DNA from: Acidimicrobiales bacterium
GTDB taxonomy: Bacteria; Actinomycetota; Acidimicrobiia; Acidimicrobiales; RAAP-2
Length of the DNA: 64,000 nt
Assembly: GCA_035531955.1 (NCBI GenBank)
Contig: DATKRZ010000103.1
Location: 11,972 to 75,971 of the forward strand
Direction of reading: 5' to 3'
Under the pieces are notes generated by a model. That model did not search any database. It saw only the letters and a program-made list of their open reading frames with translations, and was not told the origin of the DNA. Each line of letters begins with the position of its first letter. The first letter of the stretch is position 1. Positions 8,663 to 16,940 of the stretch are shown here, piece by piece. The position numbers were made by a program, and so were the translations under genes.

Positions 8663-9301
8663 TCATTCGCCCGGGTCCACCCCGAGCGCGGGGAGGCAGA
8701 AGCGCAGGATGTGCGACCTCGCCCGCTCCCGGTCCATCGGCCGGCGCTGGCGCACGTGGGGACCGGCCACGCTCCACAGCAGGTCGAAGATCGAGTAGGC
8801 ATCGGGGAACGGGTCCGTGTCGGGAAACGAGCCGTCGGCCGAACCGCGGCGGATGGCCTGGAGCAGGGGTGACACCAGCCGGTCCTGCAGGGACGCTTCT
8901 TCCGGCTCGTAGCCGACGGCCTGGCGGGCGACGGCATTGAACATGACCAGACGCTGGATCCGCTTCCGGTCATAGGCGATGGACAGGACCTCGTCGATCC
9001 ACACCCGGACCGCCTCGACGGTGGTCGGCGCCTCGCCGACCCGGCGTGCCACCTCGTCGACGTCGCCAGCGGATGCGGTGCGGAACATGGCCAGCAACAG
9101 ATCGTCCTTGGACTGGAACTGCCGGTAGAAGGCGCGTGTCGAGAGTCCGGCACGATCGAGGATGTCCTGCACGCTCGCACCCTGGAAGCCGTTGCGACGC
9201 ATCACCTTCAACGCCGCATCCATCAACTGGCTCCGCTCTGCCAGGGACTCCGGGGTCACCTGGGCAGCGCCGGAGACCGCATCGTCGGCGACCGCGGGCA
9301 C
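8663..9301 (-). CDS. TetR family transcriptional regulator
   Basis: HTH RSQLMDAALKVMRRNGFQGASVQDILDRAGLSTRAFYRQFQSKDDLL. Start is uncertain: GTG at 9301 or GTG at 9259. The long N-terminal extension in the ORF track would overlap the Rieske gene. Confidence 0.75.
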   Translation of the reverse strand: MPAVADDAVSGAAQVTPESLAERSQLMDAALKVMRRNGFQGASVQDILDRAGLSTRAFYRQFQSKDDLLLAMFRTASAGDVDEVARRVGEAPTTVEAVRVWIDEVLSIAYDRKRIQRLVMFNAVARQAVGYEPEEASLQDRLVSPLLQAIRRGSADGSFPDTDPFPDAYSIFDLLWSVAGPHVRQRRPMDRERARSHILRFCLPALGVDPGE

Positions 9302-9357
9302 CGGCAAAGGATACCGGCGAGCCGGCGGGAGTGCCCGAGCGGTGCCCCCCGGACCGT

Positions 9358-10743
9358 TCAGCCGAACAGGTGACCGTCGATGGCCCGGTGGTAGTTCCAG
9401 ATGGTCATCTCCTGTTCGGTGTTGAGGTGGTGGCCGTCGTAGCCGCGCGAGTGCAGGCCGGCGGTCACCTCTGACATGTTGGAGAAGTCCTGGCTCAGGA
9501 TCTCGCCCACGTCGCCGTCCCGCCAGTCGTCGAAGAACCGGGGCGCGGCGGTCTCCAGCCCGTCGGCTGTCGGGAGCTCGAGAGCCTGGACGTCGAAGAG
9601 GCAGCTGTCCGGATCGGTGCCGTTCGGCCGGGCCCGGTAGGTCAGACAACACCCCATGTCGACCAGGAACACGGTGTTGGGGAACAGATGCCAGTCGTAC
9701 ATGGCCCCCTTCAGCTGCTCGTCGGTCAGGTCGGGATAGTCGATCCCCACCCGGCGGGCATGCTTTTTCCTCAGTCGCTGGTAGATGGCGTTGCCGTCCG
9801 GGCCATCGGCCCCGGCGGTGGTCACCAGCTCGCCGGCGGCGTCGAGATCCGACCTCAGGTACAGGGCCCGGAGCTCGCGCAGCGAGTATTCGACGTTCCG
9901 CTGGATGGCCCCGGGATCCGCCCGGTAGGCGGCGCGCAGGCTGGTGGAGTCGCCCTCGGGCCCGTAGCGGAAGAGGTCGGCGTGCCGGGAGTGGAGGCGG
10001 AACAGCTCGTTGAACGTCGACCCGTACTGCTCACACTCGGCGATGGTCGGCGGCGTGGCGCTCTTGTCGGCTCGCAGGAGCTGCGGATGGGTCCCGGGCA
10101 CGTGCCAGCTCTCGATGAACGCATCGAGCGCCGTCTTCCAGTTGGCGGGAAGGACGACCGACTTGTACCAGGCGATCCGCATCTCCTCGAGCTTGAAGCC
10201 GTCCAGCCGTCGCGGGAGCGGGTCGAGGAAGTCCTCGAGCGGCTCGGCGTCCGCCTTCATGGTGACGAACACCCATCCACCCCACTGCCCCACCCGGCAT
10301 TCGGGTAGGCAGAGCTCCTCCTTCGGCCGGGGCTCGAAGTGGGCGGCATCGGCCTGGTACCTGATCGATCCGTCCAGGTTCCAGCGCCACGCGTGGAACG
10401 GACAGCGGAACTCGCCGATCCGGCCCTGTCCACTCACCAGCCTGGTCCCCCGGTGCCGGCAGGCATTGAAGTACGCCTTGAGTCCCGACTCGGTGCGGAC
10501 CACGACGATCGACTGATCGCCGATCTCGAAATTCACGTACTGCCCGACCTTCTCCACCTCGTCCATCCGACAGGCGTTCAGCCAGGTCTCCGGGAACAGC
10601 CGCTCCAGTTCGAGGCCGAGGAACTCGGGGTCGGTGTAGCGGCCCTTGGGCACGAAGGCCGGGCCCAGCCGCCACCTCGGGGGCACGTCCGACCCGGACC
10701 CGTCCCTCCCGGTCGACTCCATGGTGGTCGTCTCGGTACTCAT
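9358..10743 (-). CDS. Rieske [2Fe-2S] non-heme-iron oxygenase, alpha subunit type
   Basis: Rieske motif CRHRGTRLV...CPFHAWRW and mononuclear-iron region FIESWHVPGTHP. ATG at 10743 overlaps the upstream stop (ATGA). Confidence 0.9.
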   Translation of the reverse strand: MSTETTTMESTGRDGSGSDVPPRWRLGPAFVPKGRYTDPEFLGLELERLFPETWLNACRMDEVEKVGQYVNFEIGDQSIVVVRTESGLKAYFNACRHRGTRLVSGQGRIGEFRCPFHAWRWNLDGSIRYQADAAHFEPRPKEELCLPECRVGQWGGWVFVTMKADAEPLEDFLDPLPRRLDGFKLEEMRIAWYKSVVLPANWKTALDAFIESWHVPGTHPQLLRADKSATPPTIAECEQYGSTFNELFRLHSRHADLFRYGPEGDSTSLRAAYRADPGAIQRNVEYSLRELRALYLRSDLDAAGELVTTAGADGPDGNAIYQRLRKKHARRVGIDYPDLTDEQLKGAMYDWHLFPNTVFLVDMGCCLTYRARPNGTDPDSCLFDVQALELPTADGLETAAPRFFDDWRDGDVGEILSQDFSNMSEVTAGLHSRGYDGHHLNTEQEMTIWNYHRAIDGHLFG

Positions 10744-11366
10744 CGGCCTCCACCCTCCTCGAGCCAGCCTCCGATCCGTCGGGTCAGCGCGTCGTCCCGC
10801 GCCTGTCCCTCCGCGTCCCCCGACCACTGCCAGGTGTCCGAGTCGATGCGGTGAGCGGCGAGGTGGGCCCGGAGCTCACCGAGCGCCGCGGCCCTGCTCG
10901 CGGCGGTGGCCACCAGGAGGAGACGGGGGCCGGGGCCGGCCAGTGCCGCCGGCGGCAGGAGCTCGACGTGGGCCGGCGAGGCGTCGACGCACACCACCGG
11001 GCCGACCTCGTCGGCCCGGAGGAGTCCGGCCCCGAGCGCCACCACCCCGCCCTGCCCGCACCCGATGAGCGCAGGCCGCCCGAGGGCGAGGTCGTCGAGG
11101 AGGTCGCACACCTGCACCACCGCCTTGGTCAGGGAGACGGGATCGGTCCCCTCGTATCCCGGCAGGATCCGGTACCAGCAGGTGCCCGCCACCTCCATGC
11201 CGTTGGCGGTGTGGGCGTAGTCCCCGAAGGGGGCCACCACCCGTCCCAACCCGTCGACGGCCCGTGCGACCCCGGTGAGGTCGATCGAGCCCGTTCCGTC
11301 ACCGTGCAGCACCACGACGGGTAACCCCGGAGCGGCGGAGTCGGTGTCCCGGTAGGCGAGCTTCAC
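10740..11366 (-). CDS. alpha/beta-hydrolase-fold protein (phospholipase/carboxylesterase-like) lacking the Ser nucleophile
   Basis: VVVLHGDGTGSIDL N-terminus. The nucleophile elbow reads GCGQGG where the family has GFSQGG. GTG start overlaps the upstream stop (GTGA) and its own stop overlaps the Rieske ATG. Confidence 0.7.
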   Translation of the reverse strand: MKLAYRDTDSAAPGLPVVVLHGDGTGSIDLTGVARAVDGLGRVVAPFGDYAHTANGMEVAGTCWYRILPGYEGTDPVSLTKAVVQVCDLLDDLALGRPALIGCGQGGVVALGAGLLRADEVGPVVCVDASPAHVELLPPAALAGPGPRLLLVATAASRAAALGELRAHLAAHRIDSDTWQWSGDAEGQARDDALTRRIGGWLEEGGGR

Positions 11367-13087
11367 CGCCCGGCACCCGTCCGGGGCGACGAGGCGGCGG
11401 CGTGCGCCCCGGCCAGAAATCCGAACACCAGCCCCGGGCCGATCGTCGATCCTCCTCCCGGGTAGCCCTCCCCGAAGACGCCGTCGACGCAGTTGCCGGC
11501 GCCGTACAGCCCACTGATCGGTCCCGAGGCTCCGAGCATCTGACCGTTGGTCCCGACGAGCGGACCGCTGTCGGTGTCGAAGGTGGTACCGACCAGTGAG
11601 ATGGCATGCAGCATCCCGCCGGTGTCGATCGGGTACATGAGCGGATTGGGCAAGTGATTGTCGGGCGCGGCAGGACCGTGGAAGGCGAACTCCACTGCTT
11701 TGGACCCTCGACCGAATTCACCGTCGTGACCGGCTTCCGCCATGGCGTTGAAGCGGGAGATGGTGGTGGCCAGTGCCTCGGCGAACCCCGGCACCAACCC
11801 GACCGGGCCGATGCCCGGGGGCATGGCGGCATTGGTCAGTCGGAGCCGGTCCGCCAACGCAACGGTGAGCCCGGCCACCCCGGAGCCGCTCGTCACGTGG
11901 TCGGCGATCGCCCCGGGCGGCGGGATCGGATAGCGGCCGCCGAACCGATCGGCGGTCCGCTGGTCGTAGACCATGAACATGATCCGATTGACGTACTCGT
12001 CGCCGGCGAAGGCGTGGTGCACCCGCCCTCGGGACTCGTACTCGCGCTTCTCGTCGACGGCCCGTACTCCGAGCCGGTTCACCAGCACCATGCTGTCGCC
12101 AGGAATGGCCCAGACGTCGAGTACCGAGTTGGCGTAGTCGTCGACCGCCTCGAGGACCTGTTGGTTCCACCACCCGTTGTGCATCCCCCCGAACCGGGCG
12201 CCGGCCCGGAGCCCGATGTCCACCAGGTCGCCGGTGTTGGAGGGAACCCCCGAGCCGCCGGCTATGGGACCGCGGAGGAACCGCTCCCGGAGCTCGGGGC
12301 TGTGGGCGAAGCCGCCGGATCCGAACACGACGCCCCCGTGGCACCGGATCCTCCGACATGCCCTTCCGTCATCGACGACGACACCGGTCGTCACCCCGCA
12401 CTCCATCTCCAGGTCCACGACCCGGTGGCCGAGGCGGACCTCGGTTCCCCGCCGGGAGGCGAAGGCCATGAGCTGGCGGACCAGCTCACCCCCGTTGCCG
12501 GCTCCGCCGCCGGGGGCCAACGGCTGGATGCCCCGTCCCCGCACCGCTCGATTCTCCGGGAACTCGAAGTAGTCGGGGAACATCCGGCCGTCCCAGGCCA
12601 GCCAGGGAGCCTCCATCCGCACGGCACCGATCTGGGCCAGGCCGGCCATCACCTCGGCGCCCCGGTCGTAGTACGTCTCCAGCAGGGCATGGTCGGCCGG
12701 CTGGAGACCGAGGCACGGGGAGTCCGGGTCGTAGGTGGCCGGATAGCCCACCCGGGCCATGTAGGCCAGCGCCTCCGGGCGGGGGTCTTCGATGCCGGCG
12801 GCCTGCATCACCGAGTTGGCATAGATATGGGCCACACCGCCCGAACAGGCGGTCGTCCCGCCGTGCACCGGGCCCTTCTCGAAGATGACCACCGAAGCGC
12901 CCCGGCTGAGGGCGCCGGCTGCGGCCGAGAGCGCCGCCGCCCCGCTGCCCGCGACGACGACATCACACTCCTCGGGAACCGCGGAAGGGGGGGCTGCCGG
13001 CGACAGCCGGGCCCCGGGTCGGTGGGCCAGCCCGGCCAGCGCGGCCACCCGTTCGCCCAGAGGGAGCCGGTCCGTAGGTTCGGCCAT
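11363..13087 (-). CDS. FAD-dependent oxidoreductase (KstD / fumarate-reductase flavoprotein-like)
   Basis: CDVVVAGSGAAALSAAAGALSRGASVVIFEKGPVHGGTTACSGG and C-terminal GLYGAGNCVDG...GGGSTIGPGLVFG. ATG at 13087 preceded by GGGAGGG (a TTG at 13111 is also possible). Confidence 0.85.
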   Translation of the reverse strand: MAEPTDRLPLGERVAALAGLAHRPGARLSPAAPPSAVPEECDVVVAGSGAAALSAAAGALSRGASVVIFEKGPVHGGTTACSGGVAHIYANSVMQAAGIEDPRPEALAYMARVGYPATYDPDSPCLGLQPADHALLETYYDRGAEVMAGLAQIGAVRMEAPWLAWDGRMFPDYFEFPENRAVRGRGIQPLAPGGGAGNGGELVRQLMAFASRRGTEVRLGHRVVDLEMECGVTTGVVVDDGRACRRIRCHGGVVFGSGGFAHSPELRERFLRGPIAGGSGVPSNTGDLVDIGLRAGARFGGMHNGWWNQQVLEAVDDYANSVLDVWAIPGDSMVLVNRLGVRAVDEKREYESRGRVHHAFAGDEYVNRIMFMVYDQRTADRFGGRYPIPPPGAIADHVTSGSGVAGLTVALADRLRLTNAAMPPGIGPVGLVPGFAEALATTISRFNAMAEAGHDGEFGRGSKAVEFAFHGPAAPDNHLPNPLMYPIDTGGMLHAISLVGTTFDTDSGPLVGTNGQMLGASGPISGLYGAGNCVDGVFGEGYPGGGSTIGPGLVFGFLAGAHAAASSPRTGAGR

Positions 13088-13179
13088 TGGCGATGCCCTC
13101 CCGAGATCCAACCACCTGCCCCTGGCCCTCGGACGTTACGATATCAGCGGCGTCGAGCGTGGGAGCGGCGAGGGGGTCG

Positions 13180-13584
13180 ATGGCGAAGGTGGGGCTGACG
13201 GTAGAGGACCAGCTGGCCATCCAGCAGCTCGCGGCGCGCTACAACCACGCCATCGACAGCGGGGACGGGGCGGCGTACGCGGACACGTTCGTCGACGACG
13301 GGGTGCTCGACGCCGGCGAACTGGTGCTCGAGGGACGCACCGCCCTCCGGCGGTTCGCCTCGGCGTTCCCCGGTTCTGTCCGCAGTCCCCGCCATGTGGC
13401 GACCAGCCTCCTCATCGACGGCGGCGGCGGCGAGGCCGTGCTCCGCGCCTACGTGCAGATGTACGCCCTCGTCGGCGATCCGCCCCGGCCCACGGTCACC
13501 GCCTCGGGGACGTACACCGACTCCCTGGTCAAGCTCGGAGGGGCCTGGCGCTTCGTCCGACGGACATTCACCGCTGACGCATGA
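13180..13584 (+). CDS. SnoaL-like / NTF2-fold family protein
   Basis: LTVEDQLAIQQLAARYNHAIDSGDGAAYADTFVDDGVLD. ORF trimmed to ATG at 13180, after a GGGAGCGGCGAGGGGG purine tract. Confidence 0.72.
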   Translation: MAKVGLTVEDQLAIQQLAARYNHAIDSGDGAAYADTFVDDGVLDAGELVLEGRTALRRFASAFPGSVRSPRHVATSLLIDGGGGEAVLRAYVQMYALVGDPPRPTVTASGTYTDSLVKLGGAWRFVRRTFTADA

Positions 13585-13640
13585 CCCCAGACCACCCGGC
13601 CCCGACCCGCCGGGGCGCTCGGGACCCCGCCACCACGGAC

Positions 13641-14519
13641 TCAGGGACCATCCGGGCCCGTCGGGGCTCCTTCCCCGTCCCGCACCGCCTGTGACTGCCT
13701 CTCGGCCATCTGGCGGGGTCGCAGGCCCTTGCGGGCGGCCATGAACTCCCGCACATCGGTGGCCGAGCTGGCGATGGTGGTGAAGTCCGCGGTGCTCTGC
13801 AGATGGACCCGCATGCCCATCGTCTCCCAGGCCCGCTTGACCCCGGCCTTGATGGTCAGGATGGTGGTGAGCGGCATCTGGGCGATGGTCGACGCGGTCT
13901 GTTCGACCGCGGCCTCGAGGTCGGCCTTCGGAACCACCCGGTTCACCAGTCCCCACTCCTTCGCCTCCTCCGCCGACAGCGTCGGGGACAGGTAGAGGTA
14001 CTCGTAGGCCCGCTTCCAGTTCATCAACGCCCACGGCTCGACCAGGGTCTGGGCCCCTGGTAGGCCGAACCCCTGGGGTAGGGGCATCTGGAAGTACGCG
14101 TCATCCGACGCGATGGTGAGGTCGGTCAGGTAGCCGTAGATGGTGCCACCACCGAGGCAGTAGCCGTGGACCTGGGCGATGGTCGCCTTGGGGAATTCCC
14201 ACAGATTCAGCGGCGGCCAGACGAAGAGGTCGTAGTTGTGGGCCTTCCAGGTCCGCTCCGGCGTCGGCCCGGTGGTGGGGTACACCTCGGCCATCTCCTC
14301 GGGACTGACGATGGCGTGACCGGCGCAGAACCCCTTGCCGTTGGCCTTCACGATGAGGACCTTCACCTCGTCGTCTCGATCGGCCCATTTCAGCGCGTCC
14401 TCGAAGTCCCAGACCTGTTGGGCGGTCTGGATGTTCGCCTTCTCCGGCAGGTTCAAGACGATCCGGGCGATGGCGCCGTCCTTCTCGTAGATGATCGTCT
14501 CCATCTCGGTTCGCTCCAT
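13641..14519 (-). CDS. enoyl-CoA hydratase/isomerase (crotonase) family, long form
   Basis: IIYEKDGAIARIVLNLPEKAN...VLIVKANGKGFCAGHAIV. SD CAGGAG upstream of ATG at 14519. Confidence 0.9.
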   Translation of the reverse strand: MERTEMETIIYEKDGAIARIVLNLPEKANIQTAQQVWDFEDALKWADRDDEVKVLIVKANGKGFCAGHAIVSPEEMAEVYPTTGPTPERTWKAHNYDLFVWPPLNLWEFPKATIAQVHGYCLGGGTIYGYLTDLTIASDDAYFQMPLPQGFGLPGAQTLVEPWALMNWKRAYEYLYLSPTLSAEEAKEWGLVNRVVPKADLEAAVEQTASTIAQMPLTTILTIKAGVKRAWETMGMRVHLQSTADFTTIASSATDVREFMAARKGLRPRQMAERQSQAVRDGEGAPTGPDGP

Positions 14520-14627
14520 GCGGGCTCTCCTGGTCGTGCCGATAGAGCGGCGCAGACCACTCCGCCGGTAGCCGCCTCTCCGGCGGCTGCCGGTCGGGCC
14601 ACCACAGTACTGTGCGCATCGCGCCCG

Positions 14628-14876
14628 TCACGGCCCGTCGATATACCCGACCTCCTCGCCGACCGGGTAGAGCTGGCCGGGTCGGCCGGTGATGTGGATG
14701 ACGCCCGCCGCCGGGCACTCCACCTCCATCTCCACCTTTTCGGTTTCGAGCAGGTAGAGCGGCTGGCCGGGCCGGACACGCTCGCCCTCGGCGGCCAGCC
14801 ATTCGACGATGGTGCCCTCAGCCATCGCCACGCCGGCCTGGGGGATCTGGATGGGAGTTCGCCGGTTCTCGTTCAT
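14628..14876 (-). CDS. stand-alone lipoyl-attachment domain protein (82 aa, no acyltransferase core)
   Basis: IQIPQAGVAMAEGTIVEWLAAEGERVRPGQPLYLLETEKVEMEVECPAAGV, a lipoyl-Lys context (ETEKV). Trimmed to ATG at 14876, 22 nt after the E1beta stop. Confidence 0.8.
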   Translation of the reverse strand: MNENRRTPIQIPQAGVAMAEGTIVEWLAAEGERVRPGQPLYLLETEKVEMEVECPAAGVIHITGRPGQLYPVGEEVGYIDGP

Positions 14877-14898
14877 CGCCGTGGTCGGTGGCCCGGCG

Positions 14899-15918
14899 TC
14901 AGCCCGGCCGGGCCAGGGCACGGATCCGCTCGGCGATCCGATCCCGGTCGGGATAGTGCAGTTTCTCCAACTCCGCCGCATAGGGAACGGGGGAGTATGC
15001 CGCGCCCAACCGTTCCACCGGAGCCGACAGCCGGCCGAAGAGGTCATGGGACACCATCGAGGCGATCTCGGCCCCAGGTCCGGCGAACTCGGTGGCGGCG
15101 TGCACGACGAGCACCCGGCCGGTCCGGGACCCGCTGGCCAGGATGGTGTCCTTGTCCAGCGGCACCAGGGTCCGCACGTCGACGACCTCGACGCTGGTTC
15201 CCTCAGCGGACAAGGCGTCGGCTGCGGCCAGCGCCTCGGGGACCTGCCAGCCCCAGGTCACCACCGTCACGTCGTCGCCCGCCCGCTTCACGTCGGCGAC
15301 ACCGAGGGGGATCTCGAACCTTCCCGGCGGTACGGGTCCCCGGGTGAACAGCAGCGACATCGTCTCCATGAAGATGCAGGGATCGTCGTCGAAGATGCAC
15401 GAGTACAGGAGGCCCTTGGCCTCGCGGGGCGTGCTCGGAACCACCACCTTCAGACCGGGGATGTGCATCATCCACGCCTCGAGCGACTGCGAGTGCTGGG
15501 CGCCGAACTGGCGGCCGCCGCCGACCGCAGTGCGCAGGGTGATGGGCACGTTGGTCCGGCCCCCCGACATGTAGCGGAGCTTGGCGGCATGGTTGGCCAC
15601 CTGGTCCATGGCCACCGCGAAGAAGTCCATAAGCATCACCTCGGCGATGGGCCGCATCCCGACCAGCGATGCACCGATCGCCGCGCCCACGATGGCCTGC
15701 TCGGAGATCGGGGTGTTCCGAACCCGCTCCCGGCCGTACTTGGTCGAGAGTCCCTTGGTCCCCTTCATGACCCCGCCGATGGGGTCCTCGATGTCCTCCC
15801 CGATCACGAAGACGTCCGGATCGTCGGCCATGGCCTGGTCGATGGCCTGGTTCACCGCCTCCGACATGGTGGAGGCCGGGTCGCCCGGGGCTTCCCGCCT
15901 GCCAGGTTCCACCGTCAT
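14899..15918 (-). CDS. TPP-dependent 2-oxoacid/acetoin dehydrogenase E1 component, beta subunit
   Basis: MSEAVNQAIDQAMADDPDVFVIGEDI...RVRNTPISEQAIVGAAIGASLVGMRPIAEVM. ATG at 15918 overlaps the E1alpha stop (ATGA). Confidence 0.9.
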   Translation of the reverse strand: MTVEPGRREAPGDPASTMSEAVNQAIDQAMADDPDVFVIGEDIEDPIGGVMKGTKGLSTKYGRERVRNTPISEQAIVGAAIGASLVGMRPIAEVMLMDFFAVAMDQVANHAAKLRYMSGGRTNVPITLRTAVGGGRQFGAQHSQSLEAWMMHIPGLKVVVPSTPREAKGLLYSCIFDDDPCIFMETMSLLFTRGPVPPGRFEIPLGVADVKRAGDDVTVVTWGWQVPEALAAADALSAEGTSVEVVDVRTLVPLDKDTILASGSRTGRVLVVHAATEFAGPGAEIASMVSHDLFGRLSAPVERLGAAYSPVPYAAELEKLHYPDRDRIAERIRALARPG

Positions 15919-16940
15919 CCGGGCCCGGCCCCGCGGTCCGAGAAGACGTCGGTCAACAGCTCGTCGGGCGCAGGAGGCGCACTGGCCTTGGCCTGAACGA
16001 CTGCGGCATCCACCCGGGCAACGACGTCGCGCTCGATCTCGTCGAGGACCGCCTCTCCGATCCCCCGCTCCTGGACCAGCCACCGGCGGTAGCGGGCCAC
16101 CGGCTCGTCCGCCTCCGCCTCCGCGAACTCGGCGGGATCCATGTACTCGGTGGTCGATCCGAAGGTGTGCCCGCCCAACCGGTAGGTCATGCACTCGAGA
16201 AAGGTCGGGCCGCCGCCGGCCCGGGCCCGCCCGATGGCCTCCCCCGCGGCTTCGTCCATGGCCGGGACGCTGTTGCCGTCGACCGTCCTTGCTTCCATCC
16301 CGTAGCCCCGGAAGCGGTCGGCCAGGCTCACGGTCCTGGTGAAGTCGGCGAACCGGGTGTGCTCGCCGTACCGGTTGTGCTGGCACACGAACACCACGGG
16401 CACCTCCCACAGCGCGGCCAGGTTGCAGGCCTCGTGGGTTGCGCCGATGCTGGTGGCCCCGTCGCCGAAGTTGACCACGGTCACTTGATCGGTCCCCCTC
16501 AGCTTGCTCGACAGAGCCAGGCCCACGGCGATCGGCAGCCCACCACCGACGACCCCGGTGGTGACCATGAGCCCCGATTTCGGGTCCGAGAGGTGCATCG
16601 GCCCCCCCTTCCCTTTGGACGTCCCGGTGGCCTTTCCGCACATCTCCGCCACCAGCTCGTCGAGGGGGACCCCCTTGGCGATGCAGTCGTGGATCCCCCG
16701 ATAGGTGGTGACCATGTAGTCGTCTCGGCGCAGGTGCTCGCAGATCGCCGCCGGGATGGCTTCCTGGCCCCGCACCCCGTAGTAGGTCATCCGGAACTCC
16801 CCCGAGTTCAATCCCGCGGTTATCCGCTCCTCGGTGGACCGGATGGTGCGCATCGTCTTGAAGATGCGCAGCGCCGCATCCACCGCCGGCCCCCGGGTCC
16901 CGTTATCGGTCGGCTTGGTCCCCCCGGCAGAGGTGGTCAT
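15915..16940 (-). CDS. TPP-dependent 2-oxoacid/acetoin dehydrogenase E1 component, alpha subunit
   Basis: TPP motif GDGATSIGATHEACNLAALWEVPVVFVCQHN. ATG at 16940 overlaps the upstream synthetase stop (ATGA). Confidence 0.9.
   Translation of the reverse strand: MTTSAGGTKPTDNGTRGPAVDAALRIFKTMRTIRSTEERITAGLNSGEFRMTYYGVRGQEAIPAAICEHLRRDDYMVTTYRGIHDCIAKGVPLDELVAEMCGKATGTSKGKGGPMHLSDPKSGLMVTTGVVGGGLPIAVGLALSSKLRGTDQVTVVNFGDGATSIGATHEACNLAALWEVPVVFVCQHNRYGEHTRFADFTRTVSLADRFRGYGMEARTVDGNSVPAMDEAAGEAIGRARAGGGPTFLECMTYRLGGHTFGSTTEYMDPAEFAEAEADEPVARYRRWLVQERGIGEAVLDEIERDVVARVDAAVVQAKASAPPAPDELLTDVFSDRGAGPG

Noticed and set aside
9358-10743. Calling the Rieske oxygenase KshA (3-ketosteroid 9alpha-hydroxylase)
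   Set aside because: The Rieske motif resembles KshA (CRH.G...CPFH.WRW). However, the N-terminal region (FNACRHRG context) and the iron-site region look more like phthalate-family/GbcA-like oxygenases. This cannot be decided without a phylogeny, and no KshB-type reductase is nearby.
14552-14590. Stem-loops (CCGCCGG...CCGGCGG and GCCGCC-GGAGAG-GGCGGC) between the lipoyl-carrier gene and the last crotonase, considered as an internal terminator
   Set aside because: The stems are short with no U-tract, and such GC palindromes are frequent at this GC content. Not reported as a feature.
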